From assembly GCA_002269645.1 (NCBI GenBank), contig NIVC01000084.1, positions 124,001-188,000 on the forward strand: 64,000 nt of DNA, written 5' to 3'. The notes below the pieces were generated by a model, which was not told where the DNA came from, searched no databases, and saw nothing but the letters and a program-made list of their open reading frames with translations. The first letter of the stretch is position 1, and each line of letters starts with the position of its first letter. The translations under genes and the position numbers were made by a program. Source of the DNA: Macrostomum lignano. Taxonomy: Eukaryota. Positions 10,725-22,037 of the stretch are shown one piece after another.

Positions 10725-13700
10725 TCCAATATACTAAAAATCAAAACTATGTACCTTCCTACCTATCTATATATCTATAGGAACCTTCGTTTAACTTGAC
10801 TTTGCGTGGTCCGAATTTCGTGGGGTTTTCTGCATTCGATGCGTATTGATGGTGCGCTGGTACACATAATTTTGCTAAGAAATTGCTTCATTTTTTCGGG
10901 ATTAAATATTCGAAAAACTCGATTTTTGCCCGTTTTTTTAAAGTTCAAACAGTTTTTTTCCGATTAAGAAGCATTCTGACTGCCGATGGAATTGTATTGC
11001 ATCATAACTCAGTGCCAACTATAGCATTGGTTCTCTACACTCGCGTGGAAAGCTACAAGCGTTGAAAGGTTGCGCAACACCTTTAAGTCATTGAAATTGG
11101 GGGGAGGGTTTCGCCATTCAATTAGTCCTGGGCATTGCTTGGTTGTTAATTTCAATGCATCAACTTGAAAGCCTCTCACTGTAGCTGGCGCTGAATGTAC
11201 ACCTTTTTAATTTCAATGCTTTAAAGCAGGAATGTTCAATCGTTGTTTGCGCTTCGAGTTTTTCACTTTCAGAAGAGAACCTTGTATTGCTGGAAAGAGC
11301 TAGAAACGCTGAGTTCGGGAATATAATTTGTTTTCTGAGATTCGAAAAATTAAGAGCACAGCATTAAAAAGAAGATTTTTATACTTTTTACTTTATATAC
11401 TCATTGTACGCTCTTCCATATCGCAAACCCCTACTTTATCGCAACTCCGCAATTCAAGCCAGCGCCATTGTATTTAAATTTAGATTGCGTAACCATATTG
11501 TTCACTTTAATAGTTGACTTTAATAATTGAAACTGATATTGCCTGCCTGAGAAATTGATTATGTCATAACTTGCTTCGAGTGATTTCTATGCTTGGAGTT
11601 TTCAGTGTTGAATTATATATGATACAATTCATGTTATCAAAACGATGAGTTAGCCTAGAGGTGAACAGACTGAACTGCTAATGCAGCGACGTGGGTTCGA
11701 ATTTTTAGAGAGTAAAAGTTTTTTTTATTAAAAATTTTAACTTTAAAAAACTTCCGGTAAATCAGGTAAAAAAGAAGAAGCTACGAGCGTTCATGTAGTA
11801 GATTCAAATTTTTTTATTAAACTTAGAATTTTGAAAAGGATTATTGCACTAGATAAGAAACTAATTATTGTACTAGCTGAGTAAATTGTTTCACTGTCTT
11901 GCTTGGGTTACTTTCTATCTGGGGATGTGTTGTGAATTGAACTCCGACTGAAGTATTTAACTCATGAGCTTATGATTCTTTATATTTCTTATTTGAGAGA
12001 GATCAAAAAGGTGAGCTCTAGCAACTTTGGGCTGGGTTAATTACCATAGAAGAAACTGTAGCGATAGAGTGCTTAGAGGAGATTAGTGCAAACAAACGGC
12101 ATTGAATAACGAACTTGAACTTATATAAACTATAGTGCATCTCAGTGTGCGATACACCACAGGATGCTTGCTATCGAAAGGACGCTTGCTCTTAGGGCAT
12201 GCTTGATCGGGTGAGATTGCTAAGATATCAAGACATACTGGGGAATTATTCAGATATGCAGGCTTACTGGGGAATTACTGAGATGTCAAGCCTTAAAGGG
12301 ACTTGCTGAGATGCCAAAAGGAAATTGCTGAGGTTTCAAGGCGTGGGGGAATTTCTGAGATGTCAGGCCCTTGGACGGGGAGAAATTGCTAAGTTGTGAA
12401 GACCTACTGAGGAAATCACTGAGCCTTGACACCTCAGTTCATTCTCTCTTAAGCTTTGACATCTCAGCAATTCGCTCTCAAGGCTGAAGAGGGACTTTCT
12501 GAGACGCCAAGGCTTGGTGGGGGGATTGCTGAGATGTTAAGGCTTGGGGGGAATTTCTGAGATATAAAGGCTTAATGGGGGAACTGCTGGCGTGGGGGGA
12601 ATTTCTAAAATGTCAAGGTTTGGGGGAATCGCTGAGATGTTAAGACTTACTTGGAGACTGCTGAGATGTCAAGTCTTGGCGGGGGAATTCCTGAAATTTC
12701 AAGTCTTGAGAGTGTATTGCTGAGATATCAAAGCTTAAGAGAGAATGAACTGAGGTGTCAAGGCTTGGGGGGGGATTGTTGAGATGTCAAGTCTTGGGGG
12801 GGGGGGAATTCTGTGGATTGGGGATTCCTTCCATGAGGGCTGCTTCTAATGGATATCTTTAGATAGGTGATTCATTGGGAAATTCCATCGATGGGGGATT
12901 CTTTCGATGGAGGGTTCTTTGAATGGGGGATTCTTTAGATGAAGGATTCTTTGGCCTAGGATTTTATTGATGGGGGATTATTTAGATGGGAGATTCTTTG
13001 GATTCTTTAGATGGAGATTATTTGGAGTATGATTCTTTGGATTATTTGGACGGGGTTCAGATTCAGATTCAGATTCAATGATTCAATGATTCTTTTGATG
13101 GAGGTTTATTTGGATGAGTGAATATTTGCATTATTCAGATTCAGATTCAATGATTCAATGATTCTTTTGATGGAGGTTTATTTGGATGAGTGAATATTTG
13201 CATTATTTTGATCGGGATTCTGTATGGATGGGGATGGATGGGGGATTCTTTGGATAGGGATGGATGGGGGATTCTTTGGATAGGGATGGATGGGGGATTC
13301 TTTGGATAGGGATGGATGGGGGATTCTTTGGATAGGGATGGAGGGGGGGATTGTTTGGATAGGGATGGGTGGGGGATTCTTTGGATAGGGATGGATGGGG
13401 GGATTCTTTGGATAGGGATGGATGGGGGATTCTTTGGATAGGGGATTCTGTCGATGGGGGATTAATTGGAAGGGGAATTCTTCGGATCGGGGATTCTATC
13501 GATGGGGGTTCTTTGGATGGGGATTCTCTGCATGTGAGATTCTATGGATGGGCAATTATTCAGATAGGAGGATTCATTGAAGGGGGAATTCTTCGGATCG
13601 GGGATTCTATCGATGGGAGGTTTTTGGATGGCGGATTCTTTGCATGTGAGATTCTTTGTATCGTGGATTCTATGGGTGGTGGATTCTTTGGAAGGGGGAT

Positions 13701-15179
13701 TCTTTAAATTTGAGATTCAGTTGGGTGAAATTTTATTGCGTGGAAAAACTGTGGTTGGAGTTTGGACGAATAGCCCCAACGGGGGTTGGAATTGGCTAGC
13801 TGAGGAAATTGTTTCACTAATCTTGGTGGGAGTACTTTCTATCAGGGGATGCTTGCTATCGGAAGGACGCTTGCTCTTGGGGGGGGGATGCTTGCTCGGA
13901 AGAGAATTCTAAGATGTCAAGATTTACAGGAGGAATTATTGAAATACATGTATAAAATCTTACCTAGGGGAATTAATGAGATGTGAAGGCTTAAGAGGGA
14001 CTTGCTGAGATGCAAGGCTTGTGGGGGGGGATCGCTGAGATGTCAAGGCTTAAGGGGAAATTTATAAGATGTTAAGTCTTGGGGAGGGCAATAGCTGAGA
14101 TTTCAAGGCTTAATGGGGAACTGCTGAGATGTCAAGGCTTTGGGGGAATCGCTGAGATGTCAAGGCTTTGGACGGGGAGAAATTGCTAAGATGTCAAGAC
14201 TTACAAGGGGAGTTACTGAGATATAAAGGCTTACTCAGGGAATAACTGAGATATAGAGGCTTACTTGTAGGACTGCTGAGATGTCAAGGCTTCGGACGGG
14301 GAGAAATTGGTAAGATGTCAAGGCTTGGGGAAATTTTCTGAGGTGTCGAGGCTTGGGGGAATTGCTGAGATGTTAAGTCTTGGGGGGAATTCTATGGATT
14401 GATGATTCTTTGGATGAGGGATGCTTTTAATATATATATTTGGATAGGTGATTCATAAGGGAATTCTTTTGATGGGGCATTGTTTCGATGGAGGGTTTTT
14501 CGAATGGTTGATTTTTTAGATGAAGGATTCGTTAGATGGGGGTTATTTGGACGGGGGTTCTTTAGATGAAGGGATTCTTTGACCAAGAATTCTATTAATA
14601 GGGGGCTTATTTGGATGGAAGATTCTTTGAATACTTTGGATGGGGATTATTCGGACGGGGTTCTTTAGATGAGGGAATTCTTTGGCCAATTATTTATTTG
14701 ATGGGGGATTATTTAGATGGGAGATCTATGGATTATATAGATGGGGATTATGATGTGAATTATTTGGATGGAGATTCATTGGGGGGATTCTTTGGGTATG
14801 GATGGATGGGGGATTCTTAAGGTAGGAATGGATGGGGAAATTCTTTGAATAGGGATGGATGGGGGATTCTTTGGATAGGAATGGATGGAGGATTATTTAT
14901 ATTTGCATTCTGGGGATGAAGGATCCTTTAGATGGGGATTCTGTGGATGAGGGATTCTTTGGATGGGGATTCTTTAGATAGGGGCTTCTGTAGATCGGGG
15001 ATTTCTTGAGTAGGGATTCATTGAATGGGGAATTCTTCGAATCGGTGATTCTATCGATGGGGGTTCTTTGGATGGGGGTTCTTTGGATGGGGGATTCTTT
15101 GCATCGGGGATTTTGTGGATAGGGAAAGCTGTGGTTGGAGTTTGAACGGAAAGCCCCAACGGGGGTTTGGATTGGCTAG
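10725..15179 (+). mobile_element. Non-autonomous Helitron-like element, family B, with duplicated 3' half
   Basis: 5' TCCAATATACTAAAAA; 3' AAGCCCCAACGGGGGTTT..TTGGCTAG (15176-15179); a second terminus AGCCCCAACGGGGGTT..TTGGCTAG ends at 13799. Internal CTGAGATGTCAAGGCTT and GGGGATTCTTT arrays (including a 27-bp repeat at ~13230-13440). Confidence 0.75.
11647..11703 (+). pseudogene. tRNA-Ser(GCT)-derived fragment in family B (homologue at 18267-18323 in family C)
   Basis: GAGTTAGCCTAGAGG..GACTGAACTGCTAATGCA..CGTGGGTTCGAAT resembles the eukaryotic tRNA-Ser GCT anticodon loop (GGACTGCTAATCCA) and T arm (CGTGGGTTCGAATC). Variable arm and 3' end are missing. Confidence 0.6.
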
Positions 15180-17759
15180 TCACAATATACTAAATCTCTA
15201 AGGTCTGTCTGTCTGTCTGTCTGTCTGACCGGTATTCCAGTCCACAGTCTGAATGCCTAAACCGATTTTTTTCAAACTTGCTTTATTCAACTCAAAATTC
15301 TTGTGAGATTGTGTGGGTGTATTTGCATTGAAAAATTCGAATGAGAAGTTGGTTAAATATTCGAAACGAGTTTTTTTAATGCTTTCAATGGGAGGCTAGA
15401 ACAGGTCAAAATCTCACTAACTGAATAGCAATTCCAATTAAGATTGCGCCACAACTTTTTTCTGTTCACTGTGTACGCCTCAATACTGGCTGCAATAGGG
15501 GAGAGTAAAATAATGCTCAGTGGCTGCGTGTGTACATTCTGACCCTGGCTGACTGGCGGACTGCATAGACAATTGCTATTTATAGATTTCACTCAATTGT
15601 GCATTGGCTCTGCCTGCACAACCTGTGCACACTGAGCAGCCTATCACTGCTATGTATTTGACTGCAGTGCCGAAGCATATATGGCTGATTTTTGCGCCCT
15701 ACGATCAGTAGGCGGAATAGCCGCAGTGTAGGCACTAGGACTAGGTTTAGGACAGGCATATGGTCCAAGGTTCGAGTCCGCCTCCCCAGCGTTATTAAAA
15801 TTAAATAAATTCATTCATTAGTAGCTTCTGCCTCGACTATTTTGAACATTTTTAGAATAATTTTTTGCTACTCGCACAAGCCAGTAAGCAAATTTGATTT
15901 GATTTGAAAAATCCAAAGATCCCATTAATTGTTATTATCTAGGTCTATAGAAGTAGATATTACTAAACTGCAGATGATGCTGCTAAACTGCTGAGGTATT
16001 GCTAAATGCTGAGTGGTGCAAAAGATTGCCGATATGTGTCGAAAATCGATTAGTGAGCCATAAAATGCTGAGCAAATTTTTAAATCATTGAAAAGATCAT
16101 TGCAGTTTGCTGAAAATACTGAGGGGCCAGCTGAGAGAACTGCAGACTGCTGAGGGGATAAATGAGAATTATTAAGGAAACACTTGCTGACTGCAAATGA
16201 ATTGACTGCAGACTACTGAGGGGAACTGCAGATTGTTGAAAGGATCATTGCAGACTGCAAAGGGGACAAACTGCAAACTCCTGACGTCGGTTAGTTTCTC
16301 GAGACTTATGAGCGTATAAGCTGCAAACTGCCGAGGGATAGCTGCAGACTGCTAGGATAATAATGGCAGACTTCTGAGGAGGATATCTAACTGTGAATAA
16401 TTGTAGCTTGCAGAAGGGACAATTCTGGGTCCCTGAGGGATAAATGAATAATATTAATAAAAGTTGTAGAGTGCAAATGAGTTGTATGACTGCAGTCTGT
16501 TTTGCGGAATTAAAAGGGATAATTTCAGGTTGTTGTGGGGATAACTGCCAATTTCTGGGGAGGGTTTAACTTTAAACTTCTGAGGCGATAATAGTAGTCA
16601 CCTTTTAGCAGTTTGGGAGTGGTGCTAATCTGGGGAGCGGTGCTAATCTAAGGGAGTGGGGCTAATATAAAGGAGTGGGGGGGGCTAATCTGGGGGATTG
16701 GGGCTAATCTGGGGGATTGGGGCTAATCTGGAGGAAGTAGCGGTGCGAATTTTTGCGGAGTGGTGCAAATCTGGAGAAGTAGTGCTAATCTGGGAAGGTG
16801 AAACTATCTGGGAAGCGGCGGTAATCTGTGGAGCGGTGCTAATCTAGGCTGAGTGCTAATCTGGGCTGAGTGCTAATCTGGGCAGAGTGCTAATCTAGGC
16901 TGAGTGCTAATCTAGGCTGAGTGCTATCTTAGGCTGAGTGCTAATCTGGGCTGAGTACTAATCTAGGCTGAGTGCTAATCTGGGCTGAGTGCTAATCTAG
17001 GCTGAGTGCTAATCTGGGCTGAGTGCTAATCTAGGCTGAGTGCTAATCTGGGCTGAGTGCTAATCTGGGCTGAGTGCTAATCTAGGCTGAGTGCTAATCT
17101 AGGCTGAGTGCTATCTTAGGCTGAGTGCTAATCTGGGCTGAGTGCTAATCTGGGCGCAGTGCTAATCTGGGCTGAGTGCTAATCTAGGCTGAGTGCTAAT
17201 CTAGGCTGAGTGCTAATCTGGGCGCAGTGCTAATCTGGGCTGAGTGCTAATCTGGGCTGAGTGCTAATCTGGGCTGAGTGCTAATCTGGGCTGAATGCTA
17301 ATCTAGGCTGAGTGCTAATCTGGGCGCAGTGCTAATCTGGGCGTAGTGCTAATCTGGGCGCAGTGCTAATCTGGGCGCAGTGCTAATCTGGGGGAAGTGG
17401 GGCTAATCTGGGGGTGTGCGGCTAAAATGGGGGGAGTAGTGCTAATCTGGGGGAAGTGGGGCTAATCTGGGGGTGTATGGCTAATGTGGGAGAATAGTGC
17501 TAATCTGGTGAAGATTTGAAAATAACGAATAATCATTTAAAGAACTATAAATGAATTGACATTGCAAAGTTTCAAACATTAAGAAATGTAACTTTTTAGA
17601 ACTTTTTAGTCTCAGTAAAATTGGTGTACAACTGCTTAGAGATTTTCTACTGCAGAACTGCTCAGAGATTAGTGAGATTTGCTCAGCGACTGTGCAAAAC
17701 TGCTTATAGACAAGCGCTAAACTGCTAAGAAGCCACCCGGAGGGGGGCTAAATGGCTAG
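15180..17759 (+). mobile_element. Non-autonomous Helitron-like element, family A copy 3
   Basis: TCACAATATACTAAA at 15180, longer (CTGT)n, hairpin plus CTAG at 17756-17759. Private indels relative to A1 and A2. Confidence 0.8.
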
Positions 17760-18395
17760 TCCTATATACTAAAAATGAAAATCTTGTTTGTGCGCAATCG
17801 ATTTTAGCAAAAATGGCTCAGCCGATTTTGTTCAAACTTGCGCCATTCGATCAGAAATTTTTCCGTAACAGTACATGTATCTTGGCTATGAAATTGCTAA
17901 ATGCTAAAGGGATTAAATATTCGAAAAACATGCTTTTTTGCAAAGGTCAAGCAAACTTTTCGATTTGAAATGAATTGTAAGAATGCTAGAGAAAAAACTG
18001 ACTGGTTGAATTCTGATTCTGAAAAAGATTGCATCACACCAGGCTTTCTATTTATCGTCTGTGTACTGGCTGAATTTTGACACTGAATTCAATTGCGTCA
18101 GAGTGTTGAAAACGTAGTGTTGAAGCATATAGCACTAGACTTGATTTAGATTGCGTAACCATATTGTCAACTTTAATTGAGACTGATACTGACTTGCCTG
18201 AGAAGTTGATTATGTCATAACTGCTTTGCGAGTGAGTGTTGAATTATATAAGTGCTACAATTTCAAGAGCTTGCCTAGATGTGAAAAGACTGGACTGCTA
18301 ATGCACCGACCTGGGTTCGAATCTTAGTAGAGATTTTTTATTGAAAGCTTTCATTAAAGGACTAATTTAGAGGACTAAAGGCGTTAGGCAAGAAA

Positions 18396-20397
18396 TCATG
18401 TAAGCGTCATGTAAACAATCATAGAAGCGTCATGTAAACAATTATAGAAGCGTCATGTAAACTATCATAGAAGCGTCATGTAAAAAATCATAGAAGCGTC
18501 ATTTAAAAAAATCATAGAAGCGTCATGTAAAAAATCATAGAAGCGTCATGTAAAAAGCATAGAAGCGTCATATAAAACTCATAGAAGCGTCATTTAAAAA
18601 AATCATAGAAGCGTCATGTAAACAATCATAGAAGCGTCATGTTAAAAATCATAGAAGCGTCATGTAAAAAGCATAGAAGTGTCATATAAAACTCATAGAA
18701 GCGTCATTTAAAAATCATAGAAGCGTCATGTAAACAATCATAGAAGCGTCATGTAAACAATAATAGAAGCGTCATGTAAACAATCATAGAAGCGTCATGT
18801 AAACAATCATAGAAGCGTCATGTAAACAATCACAGAAGCGTCATGTAAACAATCATAGAAGCGTCATGTAAACAATCATAGAAGCGTCATGTAAACAATC
18901 ATAGAAGCGTCATGTAAACAATCATAGAAGCGTCATGTAAAAAATCATAAAAGCGTCATGTAAACAATCATAGAAGCGTCATGTAAAAAATCATAAAAGC
19001 GTCCTGTCAACAATCATAAAAGCGTCATGTAAGCAATCATAGAAGCGTCATGTAAACAATCATAGATAGAAGTGTCATGTAAAAAATCATAGAAGCGTCA
19101 TGTAAACAATCATAGAAGCGTCATGTAAAAAATCATAGAAGCGTCATGTAAAAAGCATAGAAGCGTCAAATAAAACTCATAGAAGCGTCATTTAAAAAAA
19201 TCATAGAAGCGTCATGTAAACAATCATAGAAGCATCATGTTAAAAATCATAGAAGCGTCATGTAAAAAGCATAGAAGCGTCATATAAAACTCATAGAAGC
19301 GTCATTTAAAAAAATCATAGAAGCGTCATGTAAACAATCATAAAAGCGTCATGTAAACAATCATAGAAGCGTCATGTAAACAATCATAGATAGAAGCGTC
19401 ATGTAAAAACTCATAGAAGCGTCATGTAAACAATCATAGAAGCGTCATGTAAAAAATCATAGAAGCATCATGTAAAAAATCATAGAAGCGTCATGTAAAA
19501 AATCATAGAAGCGTCATGTAAAAATCATAGAAGCGTCATGTAAACAGTCATAGAAGCGTCATATAAAAAATCATAGAAGCGTCATGTAAACAATTATAGA
19601 AGCGTCATGTAAACAATCATAGAAGCGTCATGTAAACAATCATAGAAGCGTCATGTAAAAAATCATAAAAGCGTCATGTAAACAATCATAGAAGCGTCAT
19701 GTAAAAAATCATAAAAGCGTCATGTAAACAATCATAGAAGCGTCATGTAAACAATCATAGAAGCGTCATGTAAACAATCATAGAAGCGTCGTGTAAAAAA
19801 TCATAGAAGCGTCATGTCAACAATCATAAAAGCGTCATGTAAGCAATCATAGAAGCGTCATGTAAACAATCATAGATAGAAGTGTCATGTAAAAAGTCAT
19901 AGAAGCGTCATGTAAACAATCATAGAAGCGTCATGTAAACAATCATAGAAGCGTCATGTAAAAATCATAAAAGCGTCATGTAAGAAAGCATAGAAGTGTC
20001 ATGTAAACAATCATAGAAGCGTCATGTAAACAATAATAGAAGCGTCATGTAAAAAATCATTGAAGCGTCGTGTAAGAAATCATAGAAGTGTCATGTAAAA
20101 AATCATAGAAGCGTCATGTAAACAATCATAGAAGCGTCATGTAAACAATCATAGAAGCGTCATGTAAAAATCATAAAAGCGTCATGTAAGAAAGCATAGA
20201 AGTGTCATGTAAACAATCATAGAAGCGTCATGTAAACAATCATAGAAGTGTCATGTAAAAAATCATAGAAGCGTCATGTAAAAACTCATAGATGCGTCAT
20301 GTAAAAAATCATAGAAGCGTCGTGTAAAAAATCATGGAAGCGTCATGTAAAAAACCATCGAAGCGTCATGTCAGACATGAAAGGTGTCATGTAAAAA
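18396..20397. repeat. 23-bp satellite (CATAGAAGCGTCATGTAAACAAT), ~85 copies, inside Helitron C
   Basis: Period 23 (e.g. CAAT at 18781 and 18804), with recurring variant blocks. Confidence 0.95.
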
Positions 20398-21199
20398 TTA
20401 AATGAAGCTATAGTGCTGTGCTGGGGAGACTTACTTAGACGTCAAGGCTCTCAGAGAATAACTGAGATTACGGGGGGGGGGGTTTCTGAGATGTCAAAGC
20501 AAAAGTCAGAAGCTACTTCAGAGTTCATGTACTTTACTCAATTTTTTATTACATTCTTTGTTGGCTCGCCACGGGGGGGGGAGCTGATAAAAGAAGAGTC
20601 ATGTAAAAATAAAAGTAGCACTATGTATACATAAAAGAAAAGTCATGTCGAAGTTAAAAGATTCATTTGGGAATTGCTACGATGTCAAAGCTTGGAGGGA
20701 ATCGTTATAGTGCTGTGATTCTTAAAGAAGGAATCACTAAAAAGCCAAGGCTTAGGGGAGAAGAATTGCTGAGATTTCAAGGCTTTAGGTTGGGTTAAAG
20801 TTAGGTTTAGGTCAGGTGTGGGTTGAGGGTTATATTTTATCGGGTTTTAAGGATAACAGGGGATTTTTTAGATTTCAAGCTTTATGGGGGGGCATCGCTG
20901 ACATGTCAAGGCTTACAGGGGGAATAGCGGAGATGTCAAGGCTCACGGGGGTATAAATGAGATTTCAAGGCTAAAGTCAGAAGCTACATGTAGTTTATTG
21001 AAAACTTTTTATTACATTATTTGTTGGCTACTCAGGGGAGGGATCGCTGATAAAGAAAGCGTAATGTAAAAAATAAAAGAAGCTTCATGTCGAAGTTAAG
21101 AGATTCATTTGGGAATCCCTACGATGTCGAGGCTTGCAGGGAATCGCTATAATGCTGTAGTAGTGCTATAATGACTCAGAATTACTGAAATTTCAATGC

Positions 21200-21722
21200 T
21201 TTAGGGTTAGGTTAGGGTTAGGCTAGGGTTAAGGTTAGGGTTAAGGTTGACAGATTTTTTTAGATTTCAAGGCTTATTGGGGACATCGCTGAGATGTCAA
21301 GGGGGAAGTTGATATGTTAAATTTTGTGGGGGGGGGGGAATTACTGACATGTCAAGGCTTACAAGGGACTTCTGAGATATATTGCAAAGAGATGCTACAT
21401 GTAGTTTATTAAAAAACTTGTACTGCATTTTTGGCTCCCCAACGCTAAGACTAAGCTAAAAATACTACTAGCGCTTCACAAACTTATGCACATGTCAGGC
21501 TGTAGTGTTAGTGTTAGGGTTGGTATTAGGGTTTAGGTTTAGGGTTAGGTTCAGGGTTATTGCGTTAAGATTCGGGTTAGGGTTAGGGTTAGGGTAGCTT
21601 ATAACTTAGCTCATGTAGCTTTTTAAAATGTTTATCATGGAAGCATCATGCAAAAATCATAGAAGCATCATGCAAAAACTCATGGACAAAATATTGAATT
21701 TAGGGTTAGGGTTAGGGTTAGA
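21200..21722 (+). repeat. Degenerate interstitial (TTAGGG)n tracts
   Basis: TTAGGG-like runs at ~21201-21246, ~21510-21595 and ~21699-21721. Confidence 0.75.
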
Positions 21723-22037
21723 AGTTTGACAGGAGATTTTTTAAGATTTCAAGGCTACATGTAGCTTATTAAAAAAACGTGTATTGCATTTATTTGGCTC
21801 CCCAACGGGGGGCGTAGATTGCTAGTCATTACCTAAAAGGCAATGGAGGCAATGCGCAGGTAGACTTAATTGGCTCGTAATTGGGTTTTTAGATTTTTTG
21901 TCGCAAAAACGCATATTATTCTACTTTCATAAAAAAAGTAAGTAGTCTGCCAAGATGCTATCCTAAGCCGGCTAAATTTAAATAACTGCTTCTTCAAGTA
22001 AGCTCGTGTATTGTCTACTTTTACATCTACTTACATA

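Larger units (their letters stand above)
17760..21825 (+). mobile_element. Non-autonomous Helitron-like element, family C
   Basis: 5' TCCTATATACTAAAAA; 3' GCTCCCCAACGGGGGGC..TTGCTAG (21822-21825) followed by T. Shares 5' blocks with A and B and the tRNA-Ser block with B. Confidence 0.75.

Noticed and set aside
11647-11703. Functional tRNA-Ser gene, or a link to the Gypsy tRNA-Ser PBS
   Set aside because: No acceptor stem, broken anticodon stem and no 3' end able to pair with the PBS; the shared isotype is likely coincidence.
13369-15183. G/D-rich ORFs (GDSLDRDGW etc.)
   Set aside because: Frames through Helitron B internal repeats.
18396-20397. CRISPR-like array
   Set aside because: Contiguous tandem monomers with no unique spacers, no cas genes, and a eukaryotic context; the same applies to the other arrays.
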